From: Pseudogymnoascus verrucosus
Taxonomy: Eukaryota
DNA: 64,000 nucleotides
Assembly (NCBI GenBank): GCA_001662655.1
Contig: KV460207.1
Strand: one strand, 5' to 3'
Shown here: one piece after another, positions 24,414 through 35,104 of the stretch
Layout of the letters: every line of letters starts with the position of its first letter
How positions within the stretch are numbered: the stretch's first letter is position 1
The notes under the pieces: model-generated
Database searches by the model: none
The model's input: the letters and a program-made list of their open reading frames with translations, nothing else
What the model was told of the DNA's origin: nothing
Translations under genes and position numbers: made by a program

Positions 24414-26591
24414 CTATAAATGAACATTTTGCCAGTCCTCTGCCGCGGAAAGCCAACAGTTAGGTAGCAGCATAAAATCCTCTAAATGATCTGTTCCATT
24501 CGCATCAAACGCTGCGTTCCAGTCGAACGAGGGTATAAAAGTATTAAGTTGGTCTGTCAACGGCAGATGCACGGTTTCAGTAGCTGCGGTACACGAAACG
24601 GTCGGAAGCTCATCGTTGACATCGATTCCCTGCCGACTCACTCTATTCTGCGTGTCGCCTGTGCTGATGCTGGAGCTCGACAGAAGAAACTCAAAGATCC
24701 GCATGGCCCAATTCCATGGATCCCAGGATTCACGGGCCTCATTCAGCACAATCTGGCAATTGTCAAGAGACGCTTGCCCTACTTCTGCGACGGCCGGATC
24801 GGGTTGCCGTGTTTGTCTGTAAAGAATAATCCCTGCAAGGAAGAACGCGGGGAAAAGTTCGTGCGGTAGTGCAAATATGACGGACTTGGTCATGATTGTG
24901 ACTGCAGTTGATGCTATAGCAGATGCCGCGGATTCTGCAACTAGAGAAGACTGAATCTTGTCGAGTGCTGTTTGAGAGGTAGAATACACCGGTTGCTTGG
25001 GTTCCGCCATATGTAGGAGAATGAGGTGATAGTTATACAGGATCTTGAGAATGACGGCGAATGTGGGGAGTGGTCCGTTATGTTGAGACCAATTTACTGC
25101 TGGTTGGAGTTCTGATTGCCAATTCTTTAATTGACTTTGTAGATCATCCAACGTCGTTAGGCCACGTACTGGACCTATACGGTAATAGACAACATTTCGT
25201 AAGAGGAGAGAGAGTTTGGCCGTTTGAATTTGATAGTAGATTGAATGCTTGCAGCTACAATCAGAGTCTTGGTGGGAGCAGGCTGTGTCATCGTCGAAGT
25301 CAGCGCATGACAATGGTTCTGTGTCACACAGCGACATGTTAAGTCGGAAGGATCGGCCAAGCAGCGTACACAAATATGCGTCTCGAACTGAAAGAGTCCA
25401 CCACAAGCGTCGTAGTAAACCCTTGTCATTGGAGTGTGCGTTTGCAGACACAGCAGACCTGTGCATACCGAGAGACACCGCGATTGTCACTCCAAACCCA
25501 ATCCAGCTACACGGGTTCCAATAGTGCTTTAACTGAGGCCCAATGAAGCTGAGCATAATGGCTGCTTGGAGCAAAATGATTTTGTCTTTCTCATAGCCCA
25601 CGGTAAACAGAACCTTTGCCCTTTCATAGTACAAAGACCGCACTTCGGCTCTTGATTTGAACCCTAATTGGTGTATCGAGGAGGAATCACAAAAGGTTGC
25701 GCCGATAAAGTGAACTGCATGAAGCAATAGCCATGGGAGCTTTCGTTCGCGGTACGCTGTTTGGAACTCGGACTTTTTTACTATAGCGTAAAGTGGGTGG
25801 AATCTTTCAAGATATGAGCTCAGAAAGGTATCCGCTGTGTCGTTTTTGGGATATTCGAATGCGCCCTTTGCCTTCAGATACGTGATATCGTTTATATCCA
25901 AGTGGGGTGGATGGACATCTTGCATAATCACAGTCATGGATGCACTCTCGCCGATATGGTCGTGCACATCATACAGCCTTTGGTTCTTTCCACGTTGAAA
26001 CTCCTCGAGTGCGAATGTCAATGGTGACGGTTCGCCAGGGAGTACTATTCCGTGCCTTTCCAGCGTGCTTTCGTTCTGTTGTTTCAGGAATTCTTCGAAC
26101 ATCTCTGTCAATGAGCTAGCCTTCGAATTTGTGAGTATCCTCGGTGCGCGGCTAGAGGCTTCCTCTGCGCCGGGGCTCTCTGAAGGCGTAGAGTCGTTCA
26201 CCTGAATCGAATTTGGAGATACATGGGATGAGAAACCAGAAAAGTTCTCTGGTTGGGGATCGCCACGCAAACGGTTACGTGCCCTTATGGGTGTGTCCCT
26301 GGTACTAGTTATAGTTCCAAAATTCGCTTGGGGCATGTCCTGAGGGTCGGTTGGTGGGGTAGATCTACCCACTGCTGATGGGTGGTCAAAGGATTGATGA
26401 CGGTTTTGCGCATTCTTTCTATCATAGATTCCACGCTTGGAAACAATCAACGTGCAGTCATTGACATGATCCATTTGGCAGCGACTGCAAGGCACACCGA
26501 TCTGCGCCGCATCGCATTTAACCTTGCGCTGATTGCATCTGCTGCAGGCTTTAGACGCTCTGAGACGAGCTCTGTTGGTTCTATCCTGCAT
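24414..26591 (-). CDS. Zn(II)2Cys6 transcription factor, CTF1/FarA-like (725 aa, intact)
   Basis: ACSRCNQRKVKCDAAQIGVPCSRCQMDHVNDC cluster, followed by YLKAKGAFEYP, FHPLYAIV and LLRRLWWTLSVRD (Fungal_trans domain). Confidence 0.92.
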   Translation of the reverse strand: MQDRTNRARLRASKACSRCNQRKVKCDAAQIGVPCSRCQMDHVNDCTLIVSKRGIYDRKNAQNRHQSFDHPSAVGRSTPPTDPQDMPQANFGTITSTRDTPIRARNRLRGDPQPENFSGFSSHVSPNSIQVNDSTPSESPGAEEASSRAPRILTNSKASSLTEMFEEFLKQQNESTLERHGIVLPGEPSPLTFALEEFQRGKNQRLYDVHDHIGESASMTVIMQDVHPPHLDINDITYLKAKGAFEYPKNDTADTFLSSYLERFHPLYAIVKKSEFQTAYRERKLPWLLLHAVHFIGATFCDSSSIHQLGFKSRAEVRSLYYERAKVLFTVGYEKDKIILLQAAIMLSFIGPQLKHYWNPCSWIGFGVTIAVSLGMHRSAVSANAHSNDKGLLRRLWWTLSVRDAYLCTLLGRSFRLNMSLCDTEPLSCADFDDDTACSHQDSDCSCKHSIYYQIQTAKLSLLLRNVVYYRIGPVRGLTTLDDLQSQLKNWQSELQPAVNWSQHNGPLPTFAVILKILYNYHLILLHMAEPKQPVYSTSQTALDKIQSSLVAESAASAIASTAVTIMTKSVIFALPHELFPAFFLAGIILYRQTRQPDPAVAEVGQASLDNCQIVLNEARESWDPWNWAMRIFEFLLSSSSISTGDTQNRVSRQGIDVNDELPTVSCTAATETVHLPLTDQLNTFIPSFDWNAAFDANGTDHLEDFMLLPNCWLSAAEDWQNVHL

Positions 26592-28084
26592 ATTGCCCCG
26601 ATCAGTACTTACGAAGTCGTCCGTACTTGTTTTACCACAAGGTCTTGTAGTCCCGGTAGATCAACGAGGAGTTAGACTTTTGCGTTGTTGTTCCTTTCCA
26701 CTAGCCGGGTATCCCTTCATTAGCAACCTGCTCCCAATGAAATACGGTCAATCACAGGGCGTCAAGATATTGTTCATCGTAATACCTTTGTGAAATGCTA
26801 ACTTGGGCGTGTGGTAAGTGGAATCTCATGTGGAACGTCGTTGTTGGGAAGTGCTTGCAGCGGGGTAGGTGTCACGTGCAGGACGTAAAGGATTAATCAT
26901 ACGTTCAAGATAGGGCCATACCTGCTTTTGAGCTATAAAGTGGGAAGGCTAACCTCGGGAGGAGGGTCAGCGTTCAGTTTGAATAGAATGCGAAGAGTCT
27001 TACTGAACAACCTCGTGACTGTTACTGCCCTGTTAATGCCAAGGCCGGCTTTGCAGTACGTACTGTAGGCATTTTTTTGTTGAAATATTGCCTCGGGCCA
27101 AAATCCTTGGCTCGTATATAGTATAGCAACCCAAATCTGGGCGGATTGGTTACAATGTATTGCAACTGTTCTTTACGCACGCCTCCACCCTTCTTCACCA
27201 AGACATTTTGCCACTAACTCACAAAACCCATTTCGCAAGAGAGTTTTGTGCACGCTACTCAATCTAGTGGAGATAGGCTAGCAAATTCAAATGATAAAGT
27301 CTATATTAATTGTTTAATCATGCACGCTTGGTTCGTAGGGATGTAACTTACAGAAGCTAGCTTAGGATATTGAATAAAGAGCAGAACAGTTTTAAGGCGG
27401 GTTAGTGGCGACCTATCGAATATTCCTCCATCCCTCTGGTATAATTATCTATAATGTCTTCGACGAGGTCTATATACTTTTAACTATTTCTTCTAGTGGG
27501 TAACATGTCAATAATAGTCGCAATCTCAGAAACCTACCATCGGGCATTTGACTTTCGAATAGCGTGTGAATAACAACCACTTCTGAGCCCATTTTGAGAA
27601 AAACTGCGGTGTTATATTTCTCGAAACTTATAGTTATTGATGGCTACAGATCAGATTTTGAAAGGAATGGCACCAGATAGCCATATGGGCCACTTAGCTC
27701 GCGACATCATATAGCCGATGCGGGGGCTCACCTCCGTTTGCCAGGTCGTTGCCCGCGGCTACTTCAATTTTGGAGTAGCCGGGCCAGCTCGCGTGGTTGC
27801 TTCCATCAGGACATCACAACCAAACCAAAGTCTATCGGCATCATAGCCTCAGGCTACGTGATCGATCGGAAAATGACCGAAGGCAGCCCAATCGGTCTAA
27901 CAATTGTTATTCTAGCTCTCTCCATGGGGATGCGGGGAAACATAACTTACTTAAACCTCGACCTTAGCTGAATTTAATACAATTAACTGCACTGAGCTGA
28001 ACGTCCTTTTTACCAGTGAACACGCCACTCGCTTGTAGCAAGACTTTTAACAGGCACAATTTAAGATCAGTCGGAAATCAGAGG

Positions 28085-29745
28085 ATGGAGAAAGATTTCG
28101 ATGCAATTGTTGTTGGTGCAGGCTTCGGAGGGATTTATATGAGCAAGAAATTAATCGACCAAGGCCTATCAGTCAAAGTGATAGAGGCAGCCTCCGATGT
28201 TGGAGGAACTTGGTATTGGAACCGGTACCCTGGGGCTATGAGCGAGTACGATGAACCATTTCCTCCACAGTTTCCCCGTCGCTGACGAACAATAGCACCG
28301 GCTCCCACCTGTATCGCTATTCGTGGGATTTGGATGACCTCCGCCAATACCCATGGGAGCGTACCTATGTGCGTCAGGCGGAAGTATTGGCGTATCTACA
28401 GCACGTTGTTACGCGCCATCGACTTCGACAGTACATGGAGTTTGACACGGAAGTCATATCAGCTGACTGGGATGACAGCTCCGACCTGTGGGTGATTCAA
28501 ACCAGTACAGGTCAAAAGCTAGCAGCCAAATACCTCGTCACTGCAGTCGGCCTTCTTTCTAGACAAAACTTCCCGAACTACCCTGGCATCGGCCAATTTA
28601 AAGGCGAGCTCTACCATACTGGATCGTGGCCCAAAACGCATGATTTCAAAGGAAAGCGAGTTGGAGTTATTGGGAGTGGCTCAACTGGCGTGCAGGTCAT
28701 CACTGCATTGGCGGATGAAGTCAAGCACTTACTGTGCTTCCAAAGAACGCCTCAATACGTTGTGCCATCCGGAGACGTTGTCGCGACGCCGGAATATCGC
28801 AAAGAGATCAACGACTCGTACGAAGATATCTGGAAGCAAGCCAAGAACAGCCAATTCGCTTTTGGTTTCGAGGAGAGTAAAAACCCTACGATGAGTGTCA
28901 GCAGCGAAGAACGTGAGAAGATTTTTGAGGAGGCATGGCAGCAAGGCAATGGTTTCCGATTTATGTTTGGCACGTTCTGTGACATTTCATACGACGAAGA
29001 AGCGAATAAGGAAGCTGCAGACTTTATTAGAAGGAAAATACGTGCCACAGTCAGAGATCCGGTAAAGGCGAGCAAATTAATACCTACCGACTACTATGCA
29101 AGACGACCCCTATGCGACACAGGCTACTATCAGAAATTTAACCGGGACAATGTCGACATCGTGGACATTAAAGAAGTGCCTATAACTCATTTCACAGAGA
29201 AAGGGATTGTAACCAGTGATGGCACTGAGCATGAACTGGATGTGGTAATATGCGCAACAGGGTTTGAAGCCGTTGATGGCAACTACACCCGCATTCCAAT
29301 CAGGGGTCGCAAAGGGGTGACACTCAAGGAGCGGTGGGCAGGAGGTCCAAGCTCATATCTAGGTGTTTCGGTTCCCGACTACCCCAATCTCTTCATGATA
29401 TTAGGTCCGAACGGACCGTTCACCAATCTACCACCGACCATTGAAACACAGGTGGAATTTATCTCTGATCTGATTTCACATGCGAATAATCAAGCTCCAG
29501 CTCTCATTAACGGAACCAAAAGACCCGTGGTGGAGGCAACAGTTGAAGCGGAAGAGAAATGGACTGACCTTTGCGACAAAATGAGTGCAAATAGCCTCTT
29601 TCGGAAGGGTGATTCATGGATCTTTGGTGCCAATGTACCAGGTAAAAAACACTCGGTTCTTTTCTACTTTGGAGGTTTAGGAAACTACCGCATGGTTCTT
29701 GATGATGTGATCAGAGCAGGATACAAGGGCTTTTTGGGTTACTAG
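28085..29745 (+). CDS. Type I Baeyer-Villiger monooxygenase, cyclohexanone/cycloalkanone monooxygenase clade
   Basis: Motifs GAGFGG, GGTWYWNRYPG, the BVMO fingerprint FKGELYHTGSWP, GSGSTG and ATGF. CHMO-like stretches GFRFMF, RPLCDTGYY, GPNGPFTNLPP and SWIFGANVPGK. Intron 28246-28295. Confidence 0.95.
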
Positions 29746-30363
29746 ACTGCCATATGATTTCTTACAGCGCTCGAAGATTGCTGATTGCCCTACCCTGAAT
29801 TCTTCTGTGTAACAAGCGTATTTGTTAACATTTCTCTAAATGAACAATTCAATCAGTATTCTCTCCGAAAACATTTTATTTATGCTCAAATGCGCCTTGT
29901 AAGTCGTTGATTTCTCCAGGAGCGTCAATTAGACTTGGATGGTTTGCAGAGAGGTTTGAACATTAAAAACGATACGACTAGAACCATTGTACGTTCGCAA
30001 CCACCCATAGCTGCAAGCAGATAGTACACAAGCGCATCGAAACCTATTGATGTACCAATCAATTGATTCTTATATTAATCTGGAGGAGGTATTGAATTTG
30101 CTCTAATTAGTCTGCCTAGCGCATAGTTTGGCTATCAATAAGATAAATTGTAGGATTTATAATCTCTCAGGTGTCGGACGATTTAATTTATGGGCGCAAA
30201 ATTAATGGCATGTTGCGAACGCCTATAACCCACATCACTAACTTAAAGTTAAACTCTTCACTGCATTTCGTATAGCCTTGCAGGCTTCTATGATAGAGAA
30301 GACCTATAATGTACGCTAAGCTATAATAATGGTTCCTTTCCCGGCTACAACAGCGAAATCTTC

Positions 30364-32351
30364 TTAAATCCGGCCCCTCTCCAAAAACTTGTTTGGAATC
30401 TCGACGTGTTTACTTCTAAGGTATTCGGCTAAATTCTTCCCTAGTACATCATATGTTGAGCTTGAAGATACGCCACGATCCAGATGGTCCTTCAGGAGAA
30501 AATGTACCGCTGGAAAAGACATACTTTAGCAAATTTTGCATGTATGAATTGGAGAATAACTTGGCCTTACCTTGAATATGTGGCAACTCAAATCGATCGA
30601 TGGGTTTACCCTCATAATCATTTTCAAGGAGATTTTTGATTTTTTCTAATGTTAAGATTGATCGAAGCCAGTCCCATTCGTCAGTATTTCGGACGAAGAA
30701 CCCTACATTAGCATCGGAACCTTTGTCGCCGGAACGTGAATGAACAACATATCCGAGAGGAGCAAGAGTTGTAGGGCCCCAGCTTCCAAATGGCAGAGGA
30801 TTCTCGGTTTCGTAGCTGGGCTGCTGATAGAGGAAGTCTTCAGTGTCTGTCGGCGGCGGGATTGCAACGGATTTATTGGCGAATGGCATATGGGCCACAT
30901 GTCTGATGGCGCTTTGCGGGAGTAATGCAACCCAGTACTCATAATATGGCTTTGGTAATGCTTGTCGGTTATCAACAGCGAAAGTCGCGCCTGGATAACT
31001 TTCCATGATCACATCGGTACATGGACGTAAAAAGTTCTCTATAGAGAGCGCGGATTCGTCTTTTGATTGTGCAAAGATGCGGAAGTCAACAGTCGCTGAA
31101 TCTTGACTGGAAGGGTTGGAAGGGCAGCGTCCATTGACTCGGAATTTGAGGGTGTGATAGCTAGATTCGTTCAGGTGATGGCGAATCTGCCGTTCTAGGA
31201 GTGCCGCCTTTTCTTCAATGTCAAGGCCGCAGCCGAAGTAATGTACTTCAGCCTGGAAGCCACCTTTGGCAGTGATTCCAACTTTGGTGGTTGGTGGGGC
31301 TTTCTTAAAACCAACGTTGGTAACACGGCTATAATTATCACCTGTATCAGTACTATACATCCTTGGAAGCATATTTTAGAGACCTACACCCTGTTTTCAC
31401 CCGCATGCTCGATCTTGATATTGCTCAGCTCGGCAACAACATCAGAGTTGTAGTAGAACGGGCCTTGGATCTCATAGAGTAGTTGCGCTTTGCAGGTGTC
31501 GACGCTTACGATGCCATCGCCTTTCAACTGTTTTGTAACGATGAATGTGCCATCGGCGTCAATTTCAACTACCGGGAATGAAAGGTTGAGAGATTTCCCT
31601 GGAAGACTTTTAAATCCCGTGAAGTTGCCTCCTGTAACGTAAGTACTACATTCAATGAAATGACCTGCAACGAAAGCGTGTGCAAGCTGGCTCAGATCTT
31701 CCCTGCCCCACTGATAAGTGTAAGCAGCACAAGCAATGGTGGGACAAGCATCTGCAACTCGACCACAAAGCACGATATCAGCTCCCTCTTTGAAAGCCTC
31801 GACAATACCCCATGAGCCAAGATAGCACTGTGCATAGATAGGCTCAAAGGCCCAGTCTGAAATGCCTTTGCCTATTCATATAGTTTAGTCTAGCGTTCGA
31901 TATCCAAAAACTTAGCTTACATACCTGTCGTCAAGCTTTGAAAGGAATCGCCAGATTCTAAGCCCTGTTGTACGAGGTCGGATACCTCATCTCCCTCAAC
32001 CCAGGCAATTTTGAGTTTAAGGCCTTTCTCTTGAACAATCTTATATAGAGTATCATAGAGTTTCTTTGTATCACTGGCGCCAGCATTAACAGCCACTTTA
32101 ATTCCCCTTCTCTCTAGATCCGGAAGTGCTGGCGTTATGGACTCCAAGAAGCACTCTTCGAATTCAGCGGATGATGCCGCTCCGCTGACTTTTGCGGCCC
32201 CTCTTGTTGTCATATTATATTCAGACATCCAATCGCCGACAATGAATGACACAACTTCTTCTTTTGCAAGAGCAGCAAAGCCATGCCTGCGGTCCGTCAC
32301 AGAGCCCGAGGCAGATGCAATTCGCAGTATCTTACTAGGAGCGGATGCCAT
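30364..32351 (-). CDS. AtuA/DUF1446 (acyclic terpene utilisation) family protein, four exons
   Basis: LRIASASGSVTDR, GDWMSEYNM, NAGASD, AQCYLG, GADIVLCGRVADA, AGHFIEC, QLLYEIQG and HSRSGDKGSDANVG. Three GT-AG introns restore the frame, ending ..KFLERGRI*. Confidence 0.92.
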
Positions 32352-33414
32352 GTTTTCGTCTTTGAAACGTCCCTCTTCTTTTGAGCAAGGCAAAATAGGA
32401 AAACTACAATACCAGTTACGGCAAGAGAATTCAGAAATGATGGCTCGGAGGTGTGCAGACAATGCTATTTTTATATCTGCCAAACCTATCAGAATTAGCT
32501 AGGAATTTCGGCCAAAGTGGTAAAGCCGTCGGCAGTGAATCCACTATTCTACTCTTCCAATACCCCGCTCTTCCACTCTTCCATGAATTATGGCTATTCG
32601 TTGGAGGTTGTGGGCTCCAGGGAATTCGTCACCCGGATAGAACTTGGATAGAATTTAGATGATAACGTACGTCGGTCCTTCCGATTATCGTGTGATGTGC
32701 CCTAGGTTTGATGTCCCGCGGGATTTGGTCCGAATGGTGGGTCCTTGACTTCAACCCCACATTCTCCAAGTGAGGGGAAACGGATCTCCAACTTCTTCGT
32801 TGTCCCGGCTTGGCTCCTAGCTCACACACCTCGGACAGCCGACTGGCAAATCAGCAACTTCGGAGTTTATGCTACTTGGCATATTACGCTCTAAGGATCA
32901 TCAAGTTTAATCCCATATACAGTTGGGTATTTCCTCACACAATCAGACAGGAGTTGCTCTCACAGTGCATTATACAGCCGCATCCCCGTCGCGGCCACTA
33001 AGCTACCAAAGATCTATCGCATTCCGCAATTTTATTATTTGGAGTCGTCTGCACTGTCGGATTGGAACAATGCCTCCCGAATCTGAACACCGACATCGAA
33101 CCTCAGCCAATATGCAGCCCCACAGTCAACATGTAAGCCGGGCAAGCCACATATAGCCGAGCAAGGAGCATTAGGGGTTAAGGACGGCTATATAGAAAGA
33201 ACATCGAGGTTGCCCCACACCCTACCAACCCCACAACGCCTGCATCAAGGGACGAGTTCCCAGCAACATGTGAATCAATCACTCTCACACATACATTGTA
33301 AAGATTCGGGAAGTTTAGTGATCTATTATTGATTCCCTCTCCGAGTGTGCAAAATCTGTTTGCTTGCTTCGTCGTTAATATTCACGCCTCCACTCTGTCG
33401 TCTCAATTTCTACC

Positions 33415-34415
33415 ATGGCATCCCAAACCGACCTTGCCGCCTTACTAGTGCATGCGTCTGTTCCGGCATTTAAGTGCCCAGTTGGAACGAAAATGCACAT
33501 TTTGGACCTTGGAACGTTGCAAGCTGACGAGTCATGGTGTGTTTATGAGAGTTAACAAGTCAGGACAATTTACTGAAACAGAAAACCAAGGTTGCTGCGA
33601 GGCGCTAATGCTGCCACACTAACTAATAAGAACCCGCAGAACAAATGTCGCGATTTAATCCTTCTCTCAGCGCTTATTGAGTACCCTGGTGTAGGACTCA
33701 TTCTCTTCGAAACCGGGTGTGCAGAGGATATCGATGTGGTTCGTGAGAAGCTATATTCTGCGGTTCAACTCGCTTCCCATAACTTATTGCTAACACTGGG
33801 AGATAGGAATGGGGTCCTCCGTTGACTGATGTGTTTCCTCGCACAGAGTATTCAGAAAAACAGAAACTACCAGCCGCCATTAAAGCTACGGGAAACGATA
33901 TCAAGGATGTAAAGGCAATCATTATGGGTCATCTCCACCTAGACCATGCTGGTGGTCTAGAACACTTTGTGGGCACTGATGTTCCCATTTACGTCCACGA
34001 AGAAGAGTTCAAGCATGCTTGCTGGGCTGTCGCCACTGGCGCTGATTTAGGTGTATACCTTGGACATTATATGCTCCTAGAGAAGTTAAACTGGAGCACC
34101 TTCACTGAATCGCAACTTGATCTCTTCCAAGGAATCACACTGCACCATGCTCCAGGGCATACCCCGGGGTTGTGCATTATGCAAGTCAACCTGGAACAGG
34201 ATGGTACGTTTATCTGGACCACCGACCAGTTCCACATTGTAGAGAACTACGAACTAGGACATCCTCATGGAGGACTAGCTAGGGACCACAACGCATGGTA
34301 TCGGAGCCTCAACATGATACGCAGGTTGCAGAGGTTGTACAACGCCAAGTTGATTTTTGGGCACGACAAGGTTGTCGCAATGAAGTACATCAAGGAAAAG
34401 GAATTCTACATATAG
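33415..34415 (+). CDS. Metallo-beta-lactamase-fold lactonase/lactamase (AHL-lactonase AiiA/AttM-like)
   Basis: HLHLDH di-metal motif, PGHTPG, TTDQFH and IFGHD. ATG at 33415; introns at 33537-33590 and about 33739-33806. Confidence 0.9.
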
Positions 34416-34628
34416 CAGTGTCGAGTAACGCCGCTCAATGGGCCCAGTCCCAGAATGTCTGCCTAAAAAAAAATATACAATAGGAACCACTTAAACCCAA
34501 AGACTCACCTGAAGCCTAAATGACCTCTACAAACCCCTTTACGTATAGATTTAGAGTGTTTATGTAGTGCTTCATAGAATTCCTAGTACGATTATTTTGC
34601 AACGTTTTCTGGACTTATCGATCTTATG

Positions 34629-35102
34629 TAACGTACATGTATAGCGAACCGGCCAAAATATCACGACCACCTCACAAGGATTGAGATAAATCTACCACAA
34701 CACTAGAAATTAATTGAAACTACTCAGAGTACTCTTTCTTAGACGTGTCTACTATAATCTAACAAGTGCGCGCATTATGTCCTGTCTTACTACACTTTCT
34801 ATAGCGTCGTGCACGCGTTTCTTCCCTTAGCTTCCAACTACTACTCACCCTAATTTCCTACTCTACCTACTGTATAACATCCCTCTCGTCCTATAGCTCC
34901 TGCGCTCCTTCTTAACTAATTATTTCTCCTTGCTATAGCTGTGTTTTTTTAGCTCTCCTACGCTTGCTTAGCACTTTATTTGCCTATTATAGGTATTAGT
35001 TCTCTGCTTTTAGTAACGTACATGTATAGCAAGCAGCGCATCTAAGCGAGCGGCGCACTTTATTATACTCTACCTATGCAATAGTACATAATTATATACC
35101 TA
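34629..35102 (-). mobile_element. RIP-degraded 3' ends of two older pogo/Fot1-type elements
   Basis: TA+ACGTACATGTATAGC termini at 34629 and 35014. The minus strand reads LKAEN*YL**ANKVLSKRRRAKKTQL*QG..RRYRKCSKTGHNARTC*, a decayed transposase C-terminus with zinc knuckle. Confidence 0.8.
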
Positions 35103-35104
35103 TA

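Noticed and set aside
27300..27545. Possible RIP-degraded exon on the minus strand (VSEIATIIDMLP..*KYIDLVEDII)
   Set aside because: It is too short and could not be assigned to any family.
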